Position numbers and translations under genes: made by a program. The notes beneath the pieces are model-generated. The model was not told where the DNA came from. It saw only the letters and a program-made list of their open reading frames with translations, and made no database searches. Positions 11,754 through 24,564 of a DNA stretch of 38,758 nt are shown in pieces (positions within the stretch are counted from its first letter, which is position 1; each line of letters starts with the position of its first letter). The stretch is taken from positions 1 through 38,758 of the forward strand of contig JAUCBJ010004671.1 of assembly GCA_032718475.1 (NCBI GenBank), written 5' to 3'. Origin of the DNA: Nemertoderma westbladi (lineage: Eukaryota; Animalia; Xenacoelomorpha).

Positions 11754-12839
11754 TGTTAGTAATAGTACCCATTACTAACATAAATTAATACAGTATAATT
11801 AAATGTTAAAATTAATAAATTATGTTATAAAAAAGTTAGCTTATATTTATGATGGTGTTTGGCGCCATGTTAATAATATAGCTACTGGTCATTAATAGCT
11901 ATACCCCGCCCACTAGTAGCTAATGCAGTAGGCCTATCTGGCTGTCAGGCAAATTTCCACCTATCGTTTACATGGTAACCTAAAATGGAAGCGTGGAAGC
12001 GTAAGTAATGTCCACTAAGGGGACATTACTTAACTGATAACACCAAATACAATACTAAATGTACAGGCCAATATAATGCTGTAATGTCCTCTAAAGTTGT
12101 AAAGTGCTAAATAACAACTCGCTGTTAATACTAACGGCGTTGAGTAATGTTACAATTTTGGAATGATAATATTATTATTATAATATGTATAATTATGTAC
12201 ATAAAGTTGTGTGGTAATGTAATACATAATGTTATATTTCATACTTTATAAATTATTATTGATTAAATTACGCCATAATATTATTTGAACTAACTTTTAA
12301 AAAAAAAATCCAAATGTGCTATAAATGATTTAATTTGGGTGTAAAATGATGGTAGTAATTTTAAAAATGAAAACTCAAAAATAATTTATTTATATAAGAA
12401 TAATAATTCTACGTATTTTCAATATAAAATGTTAGCAAACCCAATCTCATTTACTCATGAGAATGAGCCCTTGGATGACTTACAGGGTATGGAGTACTTA
12501 CATGACTTTCATGACATTTCTAATTTTGAGGCCGCCCAGATGACCTGTACATAATCTAGAACGAGTATACTATATAGATAGTTACTATATAGATACTAGA
12601 ACATATAGAATCAAGTGATACCAATTAATGTGGATCGATTAACATTTTAAGGAAACTGTTGGTCTTAATATAGATAGTTTTGACTTCGTGAAAAATTATA
12701 TTTTCTGTATTTTTGTCATTTACATAATTCGTGAGTTTGGCGTGTGGTCCACCACTCTAGGCCACCCGGTTCAATTTCTATTTCCACAGATTGTTTGCAG
12801 AAAGAAACCGTTACATCCTTTCACCCATAATGGTACCGG

Positions 12840-13520
12840 TCTTTAGCACCACCCTCTGTCTGTACTCCATATTAGTTTTTGACAGACAAACGGATAAACA
12901 GATAAACAAAATTTCGACAAACGTAAAAACTCATCAGAAATGAAATCACCGACCAAGAAAACTCTCATAATGGAAATGTTAAAGGAAATGCTTTCTTAGT
13001 TTTTGACATACAAAACTGACAGACATACAGAGGGACATTACGGAAGCAGCCATCGACTAGTTTTGCTATTAGCTGCTGCCCTTTCCCATTATCAATAAAT
13101 GTGCATTATTATTAAATTTGTCATTATTGTTTATTGTAAATGTGCTTAATTATTACTTAATATTATTATCGGGAAAAATAAAATGAATTTAATTGAATTG
13201 AGGGACAAACAGACAGGCATACTGACGGACAAACATACAGTTTAGATTTATTCAAACGTAAAAAAATTCATATAATCATTAAATCCCACATAGCGAAAAT
13301 GTTAGGTTGATGGTATGCTTTCTTAGTTTTTGACAGACAAAACTGACAGAAAGACGGACAAAGAGACATTCTAAGGGTCTGGATTTCTTCAAACGTAATA
13401 GGTGACATTGGAAATGGAATCAACAACTATAGAAACCCCACATAGCGAAGTTTGAGGTTGATGGTAGGCTTTCTAAGTTTTTGACAAATAAACGGACAAA
13501 CAGAAAAAGTCGGATGAATT
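12840..13520. repeat. Imperfect ~130-160 bp tandem units with GACA/GACG microsatellite (Helitron/Helentron-associated type)
   Basis: Recurrent TTAGTTTTTGACAGACAAA at ~12873, 12996, 13323 and 13474, and CCCACATAGCGAA..AGGTTGATGGTA.GCTTTCT at ~13285 and ~13437. The family assignment is inference. Confidence 0.55.
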
Positions 13521-13629
13521 AAAACATCAAAAAATGTAAAATTTGACGCAAGTATGAGGTACACCCCCCCCCCCCCGCATTGCAAAAAATTACCTAGAAC
13601 AAATAGTTTGTATCATTGCCCTAGCAAGA

Positions 13630-13925
13630 GGATGGGGAGGCTCATTTCAGTTGGTTGAGTGTCGCGCCTGCAATCTATAGGTTGTTCTTTCATCTTAGCC
13701 TTTCATCCACTGGGGTCGAGAAAATGAGTACCAGTTAAATTAATAGGAGCAAAACTTGGTATATGAGTACCGCCCAACCTTACCTTCCGGTAGCAGCCTC
13801 AGTGTTGCCTCCAACAATGGAGGGGCCGGCTGTGTGCCAAATGGAGGAGAAAGGCTCCATTTTGTCAATGGCAATAGGCTAAAAACAATTGCACTCTAAA
13901 TAAGGGAACGGCTATATGACTATTT
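13630..13925 (+). mobile_element. tRNA-derived SINE with Deu/Nin-like conserved domain
   Basis: A decayed tRNA head is followed by AGCCTTTCATCCACTGGGGTCGAGAAAATGAGTACCAG, which resembles the Deu/Nin SINE core. Its 3' half is duplicated at ~4241-4420. Confidence 0.65.
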
Positions 13926-14480
13926 ATAATTATCGCACACAGTACTCTTTAGTTTGTCATATCAATAAATTCCAGAAATTCAGTGCCGTTGCTATGGATG
14001 CAATAACAAAAAATTGTAAAACGAATGACATCATTTAAATGAATCTAGTACACAAGTCTATGGGTGAGGTTTATCTATACATTTTTTCTGAAGTTAATAA
14101 TATGACGTCAGTTTGTGGTAGAGTATCAGTAAATTATTACAAACATTTATTTACCGGAATGACTGCAACTTATCAGTAGATCTGCTATACAATTATATAC
14201 AGTATAGTATAATGGGGTTGTCCTCCTCTTTAATTAATACCACATAGTTCCGAGTTAACCGATTTTATTACAATTGTTTATGTGATGAAGGGGCGCTGAG
14301 GATGTTATTCAAATAAAAATCGATAACCAAAAATTCTAAATATTACAGCTTCTGAAGGACCAGCCCTAATAATTTTCTTCCTAAATTTCAAGGAATTTCA
14401 TTAAGAAATGGCCGTATTCACGGAACCAAAAATAACAACCTGTTGTTATGGTAACAGAAAATATTGTATTTATTATACAG

Positions 14481-15137
14481 GCGAATGGCAAATAGAAGCA
14501 CACTGGCCATTAACAATAGAACACGGGGGGAACGATGTGGTGGGAAATCAAAGTGGAAGTATCAAAAGAAGTCCATCATTTGGCCCAGGACCATCAGGAG
14601 TCGATAACCAAGCAATGAATTTCCATAACGGATATGTTTCAGTTCAACACGGTGTAGAGTTACTAACAGAGACGTTTACTGTGGTAGCTTTTGTGAAACC
14701 TATTGGAATCGGTCCAATATTTGAATATGGGAATGTAGCTGCCATTGGCTCACACTTTTGGTTATCTCCTAATAGTAATACCCTGTACTATGATGCCCTT
14801 AATGGAATATCACCTGTATTTACCATGCCAGATGCTACAGAAATTAATGAATGGTATATGGTGGTTGTAGGAGTCAATGCAATAAACAAAAAGGTGATGT
14901 TCTACAGTCGGAAAGTAGGAAATGTTGAACATCAGAAGATGGAGTTTGATACACCATCAACGGCAAGAGGAACAGCAGATACTAAGAACACGCTGAATAT
15001 TGGGAAACGGGAAATGGATGGGATTGCCTTTAAAGGATATATTGCCCAAGCTCGCTATTACAGTTGTTATTTATCAGAAGTAAATTTGAGTAGCATTTTT
15101 AATGAAATCTCCCAAATCGACATCAGAGCTGAAAGAG
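14481..15137 (+). CDS. LamG/ConA-like domain exon 3 (recent duplicate of exon 1)
   Basis: Acceptor at 14480, donor G|GTTAGT (15138), 657 nt, phase 1-1. About 11 substitutions versus exon 1, counted by eye. Confidence 0.85.
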
Positions 15138-16407
15138 GTTAGTTATTCCCATATGATATACCTGATGATACAGATGGCCGCACTCTACTCTACATGCTGG
15201 CCGACGTAGTAGTATTAGTTTTATTGATGATGTATTCTAGGGGTTTAATAGAAAAACTTTTATTAGTTCGATATAATTAATTACGATTAATAATACATTA
15301 TTAATCAGCCAACACTACAAGTATGCATTAGTGGTTGAGCATATGTAACATTGCTACAGTTCTGATCAGTTATAAAATTTTGCATTCACATTTGCATTAC
15401 ATCAAGATGTTACTGATGTTGACAATATTTAATTCATTAAATTCATACCATGAACCTTCCAGAGCATCTTGGTGAACACATGATATCTGTTAAATTATCC
15501 AGCAGGGGTTACTATAACTGTTCTACAACGTAAAGATTCATAAAACATAAAGGTTCTACAACTGCTTGCAACAAATTTACCTTTAGAATGTGTGATCTCA
15601 GGCTATGAGATCTGCAAGTGATCTCTGAATCCAGAAATCACGGGTCACCAAAATTTTGTACAAGATATTATATCAATGAAAATCATGACATAACATAACT
15701 ACATAAAATTTAATTCAGATATATTTTTGTTTCTGGGAAATTGGAATTACATTCGAGATGGATGAGCATTAAAAATTCAGAGAACTGGTTGGAGTTCAAA
15801 CGGTGTTGTCTTGTTATGGTGAAACGTTTCAAATGTTTATTTCAACCTTCAACACTAACACTTCGTGCAGCAAAAGCTGCAAGCCATCTTAGCGAACAAT
15901 TATAGTTTTACTATGGTTAGTTATATATTGGCTTCCGACAATTATGGCTTCCGACACACACACAATCCGACACACCTACATACAACCCGACCCACCCTCA
16001 CAAACAGACACAGAAAAAGGCCATAGAATAATTATAACAGTTCGCTGATGTCTCGCAAGTTTGACTCGCCCAACAAAATTAAACTTTGAAAGTTGGCCAC
16101 TTGTAAAAGTTGCATTATAGTTACTGTCACATTACAGCACAGCCCCTGACTGTCGCGTTACTGCTACTCCTTTGTGTTATTTTATTTCGATAAATTTAAG
16201 TTTATTTTATAGATATATTTATATATGGATGATATATGTTCGAAATTTCATAACACTAAATTACGCAACATTGCCTTAAAAGTACACTACATTTCGTAGC
16301 ATTTGGAGAAGTATCTAGGATTATCAAGAATATGAAGTTACACAAAATACATTATTTCATTTTTTGTGCTTGAAACGTCTTCAATATTTCTCATTTTTGC
16401 CATACTA

Positions 16408-16527
16408 TATTCGACATTATAAAGTTCTAATTTTGATGTTTCAGCTTTACAAAAAATAAAAATTTAAATATTCGACATTATAAAGTTGTTAATTGGACGT
16501 TTCAGCTGTACAAAAAATATAAATTTA
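16408..16527. repeat. ~61-bp tandem duplication
   Basis: ATATTCGACATTATAAAGTT...GTTTCAGCT.TACAAAAAATA.AAATTTA occurs twice. Confidence 0.8.
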
Positions 16528-17209
16528 CAAAAATTTTTATTTTCGATTTTTCAAAACCAAAAGTGGCATTTTAGGGACATGATTATTTATATGATTTTTG
16601 AGTACTGTATTTTCCAATATCACGATATTGTAGACTTGAATAGTGTTTGACTGCGCATTAGACATATCCACTGTAATGAAATAGTGCAGCAAAAATGGGG
16701 TATTTGGGGTTTCATTAAATTCGGATTTGGTCCTTGGCTTCTCTTTTTTCTCCATACTTATTCTGTGCTTTAGAGTTGTTATTGTTATAATGAACTATCA
16801 GTTTTCAAAAAGATATATGTTTCATGACGTGCCCATCTCGGAAAGGATATTATCAACTTGGAAAGCATACTTATCTCGAAAATCCCAACTGATTATGGAG
16901 ATACAAATCTTAGCTAACTTACACAACCATATTCAATATATCTCATAGTAGAAGATGTATTGGGAGGTAATGAACCAAGATAAGCTCTTGGTATTGTTAT
17001 TTCTGACAGAAGAAAAATTTAACTAGGTCATTTTGACTAAAATGGGGTAGATGACTCGGAAATTTTTTCGAGTTTTCGTTGGTTTCATGTGAAAGAGTAT
17101 GTGAAAAACCCCAGAGAGCAATTTTACTTCAAAAAAAAAAATATTGGCTGAGATATAGCAATTTTAAAACGCAAAATTAGCAACAACGAAAAATAAGGCC
17201 ATTTCAGAA

Positions 17210-17740
17210 TGTTAGCGGGTCCAATTCGCTGCACCACCCAGTGGAAAATGGGGAAAGGCATGATTTACGAATCATAATTGGATATGCGATATTACCAATA
17301 TAATATCGCATACCGAAGACACCAGGGCAATATACATTGCCAGCTAGAGAGAAAGATGCCAGTACAATAGCTCATCTCAGGGGGAAGCTAGCACAGGGTC
17401 AGGGGAAATAGGGATTGGCTGGAGAATAGATCAACCAATGGTAGGGTGGCTTACCATCAATTATCGCGCATTCACTGGTAGGCCAAACCTAGGTAGGAAT
17501 GTATATCCTTTGCAATATATGTAACCAATACTCTGTTGATTGTGCCTCAGTTGGCTACATTGAGTGTAGAAGTCAGATGGTTTTTAACCGTCGTCATTGC
17601 TGTCAATATTACGACTATTGTTATATTAGACTGATTGTGCTTATCAGATATTACGTACAGCAATAACTACAAACTCAGTTATTTCAATGGCCTTCAGCCT
17701 TTCAGTTCCAACCATAACCTTTCAGTAGCCTAGCAAACAC
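17210..17740 (+). repeat. 5' LTR of Bel/Pao-like retrotransposon
   Basis: Starts TGTTAG, aligns along ~500 bp with the solo LTR at 30052-31307, and precedes gag. The 3' boundary is uncertain. Confidence 0.75.
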
Positions 17741-17993
17741 ACCCCGAGTGATAGAGATGCGACAATTCGGGAGGTGGTGACGAGGCAGTACCAGCCTGCC
17801 ACACCGGATTCGCCGAGGAATGACGGTTCGGTTGTCAAAGAGGAGGACAGACGGGTATGAGGAGAAGAGGGATGCAAGTCGACACGGTACGGGAGCGGCG
17901 AGAGGAGTACCGGAGTCGCCAGCCAACCAGTGGCTACAGGCGGCGAGTGGCCCACCAGAATGGCAACGGTGGGGCTGATGGTACTATGGTGTA

Positions 17994-20583
17994 GTGTACA
18001 TAGGGCCTAATCTAGTAGATGCGTGGGGGATTAAGTTAGTGGGATGGGCGGGTTCGAACGACGCCGAACCCGAGGTTAACCTGGAGGATTCAGTGTCATC
18101 CGTTAGTAAAACTAGTAGCAAGCACGATACAATTTGTAAAACCAGCAGGCGATGGAAGTCCGTCGCAACCGAAAAGTCCACTATGCCCTCTGCGAAAGCA
18201 AGAAGGGAGTTAGAGATAGACCTGGCGAGTCAGCTAGACATGGTAAGGTTGGACCAAAGAGAGTTAGAGAGACAGTTAGATGAGGGAACTGCGCTGTTAG
18301 AAAGGGAGAGGGAGTTGGCGAGAGAATGTAAAGAGAGGGCCGAGAAGGCGGCGAGAGATTATAGGGAAAGGGAAGAGTGGGAAAGGAGTGAGCATAGGGA
18401 ACCGGAGGATAAGGAAATGAGTGAGCGTAGAGAAAGGGAGGAGAAAGAAATGAGTGAGCGTAAAGAATGGGAGGCGAGAGAGGTGAACAAGCGCAGAGAG
18501 CGAGAAGTGAGAGAAACAGAGTTAGCCAACCAGAACGTTAGAGAGGACAGAGAGAGAGAGAGGGCTGTTAAGAGAATTCGGGATCATATGCATACCCGGT
18601 TGAGGGGGTTAATGCAGATCAGACGCCGATTAGAACTGGCAAAACTCGGTTTATCAGAGAGTGAAGCTGGTTCAGGAAGTATCTATGAGGAAACAGGGGT
18701 GATGGGGAAACTTTTGTTAATACTCCCCACTTACAGGTACTAGATGACACCGGTCGAGTGGGGGGGGGGGGGGGGTAATGACAATACGTTTAGTGGGAAT
18801 GCTAATATTAATAATACCATAGTTGATAATTCTAATAATAACAAGGGCAATTTTCTTACAGGAAATAATGTGTTGGTAAATAATAATAATCTTAATACTG
18901 GTGCGATAAATAATTCAAATAATTTTAATAATAATAAAGTAATAAATAATAACTGTGAACAAAATAATCTAAATAATAATGATGAAGGGTTAATTAATAA
19001 TATAATAAATAACGGTGGTGAAAGTAATTATGGTATAATTAATATAAATGACCGTGAAGTAAATAATTCACCTGGTGGAGGCCTAAAAGGCCGCGCGGAA
19101 ACGTGGGGGGAAACGCAGGCGAATGAACCCAGGGAGAACAGAAGCGATGTGTCGACTAGAAGAGAGCGTGGGGAAAGGGGTGAGACGAGAAGTGATGGGT
19201 GATTCCCACTCCGAAGACGGAAGGAGAATGGTAGAGTTCATCCGGTAGGTCGATGTGAGATCTTATGAACTTGGATAACGCCGGGTGTAAAGGATGCAAG
19301 GAGGACGATAGAGATGAACGACAAGGAAATGTTGCTACGGACAGTACTTGCAGATAAGTGTATGGCCCCCAATATAATGACATCTACCCCAGTGCAGAAT
19401 ATAACATCAGTGGGGGGGGGGGGGGGGGGGGGGCAGGGTAATACACTGTATCCGAAATACGTGCAACAAAATAAAATAAAGATTGCAACCCCCTCAGATC
19501 CAAACAAATCGTGCGACACCGAGATATGGAGGGGACCATTGCCCCCAATGATAAATCCTACACAAGGAAAGTTGACGAACCCAAGAGGCGAAGCACAGTC
19601 AACACCCAAGGAGCCTACATCCGCACTGTCGAATGCGCTGGAAATAGAAGCGATGGGAATGGCAACACTCATCGCTGCGTTAAAAACTAGGATAGAATTA
19701 CCACCAGTGGAACCTTTCAAGTTCGACGGTAGCAACCCGGAAGAATATCTACAGTTCCAGAGGATGTGTAGCAACGAGATTCTCACAAAGAATCTTGCCT
19801 TAAGAAGTGCCTTAAATACTTACAAGTTTATACAGGGGGGCCAGCCGGAACTCTTACACTTTACCGTGCCATTATATCCATATTTTGATATAATAAAATG
19901 ATCTTAAAATATTTGTTCTAGAACAAAAAATATTTGTTCTAGAACAAAATTGTTATATTAAATGTATAGATAATATGTTCTAGAACATTAAAAAAAGAAA
20001 CAAAAAATAGCTAGTATAAAAAATTTATACAAGGTAACATACAATAAAAAATTAACAAATTAGCTATTACACTCACACACACAGCTAAACAAACTATTAC
20101 ACTTTACCGTGCCATTATAGCAGTAGGCGGCATGGCAAACTGTAAGAGAGCCGGCCAGTCTATGACATTGTGAGACAATACCAGGGAATAGAAGGAGGTT
20201 TTACAGCAGCGTGGAGAGCCCTGGATAGGGAATTTGGACATCCGGCGAAGATTATCCGACAAACCTTAAGGGGAATAACATCAGGCGGACTCGCGGATAA
20301 ACCTGTCAGTATAAAAGCTTTCGCGACCAGGATAGAGAAAGCATTAGAATAGAGAATTAGGCATTAGCATAATTAAGCATTAGGATAGAGAAAGCATTTG
20401 ACGCTAGAAGCACCATACAAACTTAATGCTTCAAATAACATCACGAACATAGCGCAGGCACTACCGATATGGCTAAGGAATAAATGGAGAAATATTGCTT
20501 TCTCCACTTGGGAAAAGAAGGGTGTGGAGCCAGGGTTGGAAGAGATGTCGAACTTCCTTAACTACGAGACGGAGTTAAATTAG
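17994..20583 (+). pseudogene. Bel/Pao-type gag (coiled coil, Asn-rich linker, DUF1759-like capsid region), disrupted
   Basis: LPPVEPFKFDGSNPEEYLQF, LKYLQVYTGGPA, GFTAAWRALDREFGHP and ALPIWLRNKW..MSNFLNYE match Bel/Pao gag motifs. It carries stops, frameshifts and an insertion. Confidence 0.8.
19854..20119. mobile_element. Small AT-rich insertion in gag bounded by 23-bp direct repeats
   Basis: TTACACTTTACCGTGCCATTATA at 19854-19876 and 20097-20119; internal palindrome TGTTCTAGAACA occurs three times. Confidence 0.8.
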
Positions 20584-20934
20584 GGAAAATTGGCACGTAA
20601 GGGGGGATATTCATACAAAATGATAGAGGATAATAACAGATAAAAGGTGAACAGAAGGTAGGCCATTACTGATCGAACACTAATTAGAACTGAAATTAGT
20701 TATCTCTTGCCCTGATGAGCCTTTGCAAGGCACCACCAGTTTGGTGAGAGATGAATCAGGATGGTGGAGAAGCTAGTCAAGAGGAGGAAGTCGGAGAAGA
20801 GTGAGAAAGAGCTATTAGTCGATTTCACATTAAGACATTCTGAGAACAAGGCGAGGGAATATTACAAACGACTTTCCAAGAATCATAAACCGCATGCACT
20901 GCAAGATCAGTTTAGGGAGATGCATGAACGATGA

Positions 20935-21370
20935 CTAGTCGGGACCTACGGGACGCCGTCGTTCGATAGCACGATCGATGAAGATCTTCATTATGTTGTG
21001 AAGGGGGACGAAGGTACCTTCGGGATACCTTTGGGGTATCCCAAGTACGCGAGGGAACCACCAAATAAAGAGTGGAGGAAGTTTGTCGATTCAGTAAAAG
21101 GAGAGGGGTAGATATATGGTCCTAGACGACGAGGGGACCGTAGAGTATGATGATGGGATGAGGAAGGGGTCAGGGGGGTCGGGTAGAATTATATTGCTGC
21201 ATTTAGCGGCGCCAAATGGAGATATTTTTCTGTTTGACCTAGGGACCTACAGTAAGAAGAGCGGATCAAAGTTGAATCGTCTACCGGATGCGGTGCAGAT
21301 GTTAGTGAAATCAAAGACTACGATCAAGATTGGATTGGCGATATGCGACGATAGAATATGCGACGGAGAG
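20935..21370 (+). pseudogene. DEDDy 3'-5' exonuclease (RNase D/WRN/EXD-like), N-terminal half
   Basis: MVLDDEG (ExoI D-x-E), GRIILLHLAAPNGDIFLFDL, LPDAVQMLVKSKTTIKIGLAICDD (ExoII). A frameshift lies just before ExoI and the domain is truncated before ExoIII. Confidence 0.7.
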
Positions 21371-21499
21371 GATAATTGGACTGAACACCCCAAATCTTCT
21401 GGATACACAGGTAGTCTACATGGCTATGACGAAACTGGATGGATTAGGACTGGTGGATTTAGCAATTTATCATTTATAAATTTTATTAATTTTTCCAAT

Positions 21500-22925
21500 T
21501 TAGCATTCTTTTGGTGTAGAAGGCATTCTATACCCCGGAAACCCCGATCAGCCATGATCATATTTGTGGAATCTCCTGATGCAGGCAATGATTTGAGAAA
21601 GCCGGATTCTTTTACTATAGCGATATCGCTTGATCTTCCACAGTATCCTTTCGAAATGAAATTAATAAAACCATCTGGGGTTGTTGAAATCAGGTATTTA
21701 ATGGTATTGCAGTTCTTATACGATGACCATATGACTGACTGTGCAAAAGCATCCGATGGTTTTTCGATCTCGATTTCAAAGCAATCTATAATAGCTATTA
21801 CATTTAGAAAGTTGGCTTTGAATGGCAATGGCAGGTTTCTCTGGATATCTTCCAATGTGGGCCATTTAACAAGGGAATTCATGAATATCGCAATCACTGG
21901 GACATGTTTCATAAAAAGTTTGTCGCAATACGATTTGTGAATACCCCATAGCGATGCCAAAAATCGATATGTGGTGCCCAAACGAATGTACTGAAATATG
22001 AGGAAAATAATATCAAGTTTTGTTTATATACATTCTTTTCTTAGATCGAATTCAATTACTTCTACTCAACAATCAAATACTTTTACTCATTTGGTATTCT
22101 GGTGTGTAATGGTATATTGGAAATTACAATTTGACGCATGTGTTCCACATTATTAGTATCAGCAGTATTAAATTGTTTATTATCACTTTCGCAGTGTTGA
22201 GATTGACTGGATGGACCAAATTCTACATCTCATAAATCATCAGCGTCATTTACAGTAACCCCCTGATTCAGATTCGCATGTATTATAATGTTGCATCGGT
22301 GATGTTGATGAGCTGACCATGGCTACACCATCCTGAATATTTACAGATTGGCAAGGAGGCCGATTCCATGACTTCTGGGTTGCTTTATTGCTTGTTGTGG
22401 CTAGACATATTTTGGAAATCTTAGCAACATTGACTTGGTCCATGATATCACAGCTTTGTCCATCTGATGTTGTTATTGAGTTTTCCTAAAGTAAAGAATA
22501 TAAATTTATTGCTTATTTAAATAATAATAAATACAAGATATTTAATAATAAACTCATTCATTCATTGTGTCTATAATCAAATTAAATTGATATAATTGTG
22601 AAATAAAAAGTGTACACTTTGTATTTAGTATACAAACCAATGTGGAATGGGGAATATTAATAAATATCCTCACTAGGGCCTACAATACAAATATAATGTG
22701 AAAAAAGTGAAAAAGTGAAAGTAACAGAAAATGGATTACCATAATTGTTGTAGTATTTGCTTCCAAGGCGACGCACATATCATCTGCTTGCTTTCTCTTT
22801 ATTGTTTTTCTATTACATTCAAACAAAGTTGGTACACAATCTCGTTTAATGTAAAGGCGTGAGGGATCAGGTGGGTTTCTCATTGACATATACATTGCGT
22901 AATTTACACAATCATATTCCAGCTA
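21500..22925 (-). mobile_element. THAP + DDE_Tnp_4 transposase (ISL2EU/PIF-Harbinger group), intron-containing, truncated
   Basis: THAP tail CVPTLF; IIDCFEIEIEKPS, WSSYKNCNTIKYLISTTPDG, GRSSD, IMADRGF; plausible splice sites near 22923, 22740 and 22487. Confidence 0.9.
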
Positions 22926-23535
22926 TAAAATTAACAATAATATACACTATAGTACATTAAATGAAAATATATTAAAAAAAAATATATAAAATAAATAAAA
23001 AATTTGCGGTCCCATGGTATTTTTTATTTGATTTATTTTATTAAATTAATAATTTCTATTAACTTAGGCGGTACCTCAATATTGGCAAAGGTGCCGATAC
23101 TACTGGTGCATACTACTGCTTTTTTGGAAAATTAAATAAAATATTAGCTAACATGTAAAAATTGAACAGTTTTATAAAATAAAGTACAAAAACTACCTAG
23201 TATGAAACATTTGGGACCATGCTACTGAGCAGTAGTGATATTTTTAAATAATTACAAATATGGGAGCAAATAGTTAAGTAAAGGTACACGAATTCTCCAC
23301 TTAAACGTAATATTTTGATACTTGTATAAATTACTCTGGTCCAAATAATGGCCTGTGTCTGCGACATTGGACGCTATTTGATACTACAATGCCCTTGATG
23401 TGTTCCCAAGATGTTATTTAAGTTGTGTGATGGGTTTTTTTAATTGTTAAAACTGTTTGTTGATTTTCTCAGGAAAAGGAAAGGGGAGACAAACAATTAA
23501 TAATTTAAATTTCATAAATCTGTTGCTAAGGCGGT

Positions 23536-23782
23536 GTGAGGACCAGCCAGTGCATAATTTTGTACTTTGGCAGCCTCATGGAGTGAATAAGCATGGTGGA
23601 CAGCCCATGACTTTCTTGAGACGCATCTTAAAGGACACTGGCCTTGAAGATGCGGATGATCTAGCAAATGTCATGGGTGATAGGGAGTTGTGGTGGCGCA
23701 ATTTTGTCAAAAAGCCAGCACAGCATTCTTAAAAATGCAGCTGCAATGCAGTATGCCGATCCTAGTAGTAGTAGTAGTAGTA
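23536..23782 (+). mobile_element. RTE LINE family A, short 3' fragment
   Basis: Near-identical to 8468-8700, with a (TAG)n tail. Confidence 0.9.
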
Positions 23783-23995
23783 CTATGATGGTTGGAGGGT
23801 ATTAGCAGAACATACCAATTCAGAACCTTCTGCTATTCATACTCAATATGGTTGGTTTATCATAGGCCCTTTAGGATAGGTTTCTCATCTTCCCAGTGTT
23901 AGTGTTCATCATATAGTTGCAAAAGAATTAACTCTCCTCAGCAAGGAACTGGAACTGCAACTAAATCGGTACCTGGACCTGGCAAATTTGGTAAA

Positions 23996-24091
23996 ACTAT
24001 TCAATCTTATATTCTTACAGTAAATGATGATGAAAGAGCTATTCCAACTATTCAATCTTATATTCTTACAGTAAATGATGATGAAAGAGCT
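23996..24091. repeat. 45-bp direct duplication
   Basis: ACTATTCAATCTTATATTCTTACAGTAAATGATGATGAAAGAGCT occurs twice. Confidence 0.9.
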
Positions 24092-24350
24092 TATTCTCAA
24101 AGCACTCGAGATGCTCAAATAATCAACTAAACTCATTGATCATCGTTACCAGTATGCTTTATTTATTTTATTTATTTATTTACCTTTCATGGTTTGACTA
24201 ATGACCCATACTACTAAATATACAAAACTACCTACACAGCACAAACAGAACTATATAATTAACTTTACAATGACAATAGTTTATATATAAGTTGAACTAA
24301 GAACATTACAACATACAATATAAAACTAAAACCTATAAAAACCTTCAGCC

Positions 24351-24483
24351 AATAAAACTGAATAATCACTTCTGCCTAATCCTTCAGCAAATTAACCTAA
24401 TATAATAACCTCGGCCTGCGGCCTCGGCAATTATACAGGTTAATTTGCTTCTGGAATGGCATCAGTGATTATTCAGTTTTATT
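24351..24483. repeat. Long imperfect palindrome, Crypton-like non-autonomous hairpin
   Basis: Perfect 20-bp outer arms (24351-24370/24464-24483), 13-bp inner arms AGCAAATTAACCT/AGGTTAATTTGCT, centre CCTCGGCCTGCGGCCTCGG. Confidence 0.7.
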
Positions 24484-24564
24484 CGCTTCAGGTTATTATT
24501 TCCATATATTAACTCTAGAACATTGCAATATTGTGTTTATTGTTTGTTTTTATTTGTTTATTGT

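Larger units (their letters stand above)
11387..15634 (+). repeat. Segmental duplication copy B (paralogous to 3459-6130)
   Basis: Direct sequence match from TTAAACACTCTAGCTA to GATCTC.GAATCCAG. Confidence 0.95.

Noticed and set aside
14408-14480. ORF-track start codons upstream of the LamG exons (also 10003 and 31453)
   Set aside because: These extensions are not conserved among copies and contain polypyrimidine/AG acceptors, so they are intronic.
20712-20735. Hammerhead-like CTGATGA-GCCTT-TGC-AAGGC
   Set aside because: The first core half and stem II are present, but no GAAA follows and there is no convincing stem I or III. At most a remnant or a chance match.
21116-21940. 274-aa + strand ORF as a single gene
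   Set aside because: It is chimeric: only the first ~85 aa are exonuclease-like, and most of the rest is antisense read-through of the transposase.
23790-24150. Possible additional RT fragment (QYG.., YLDLA..)
   Set aside because: The motifs are too short and degenerate to support a call.
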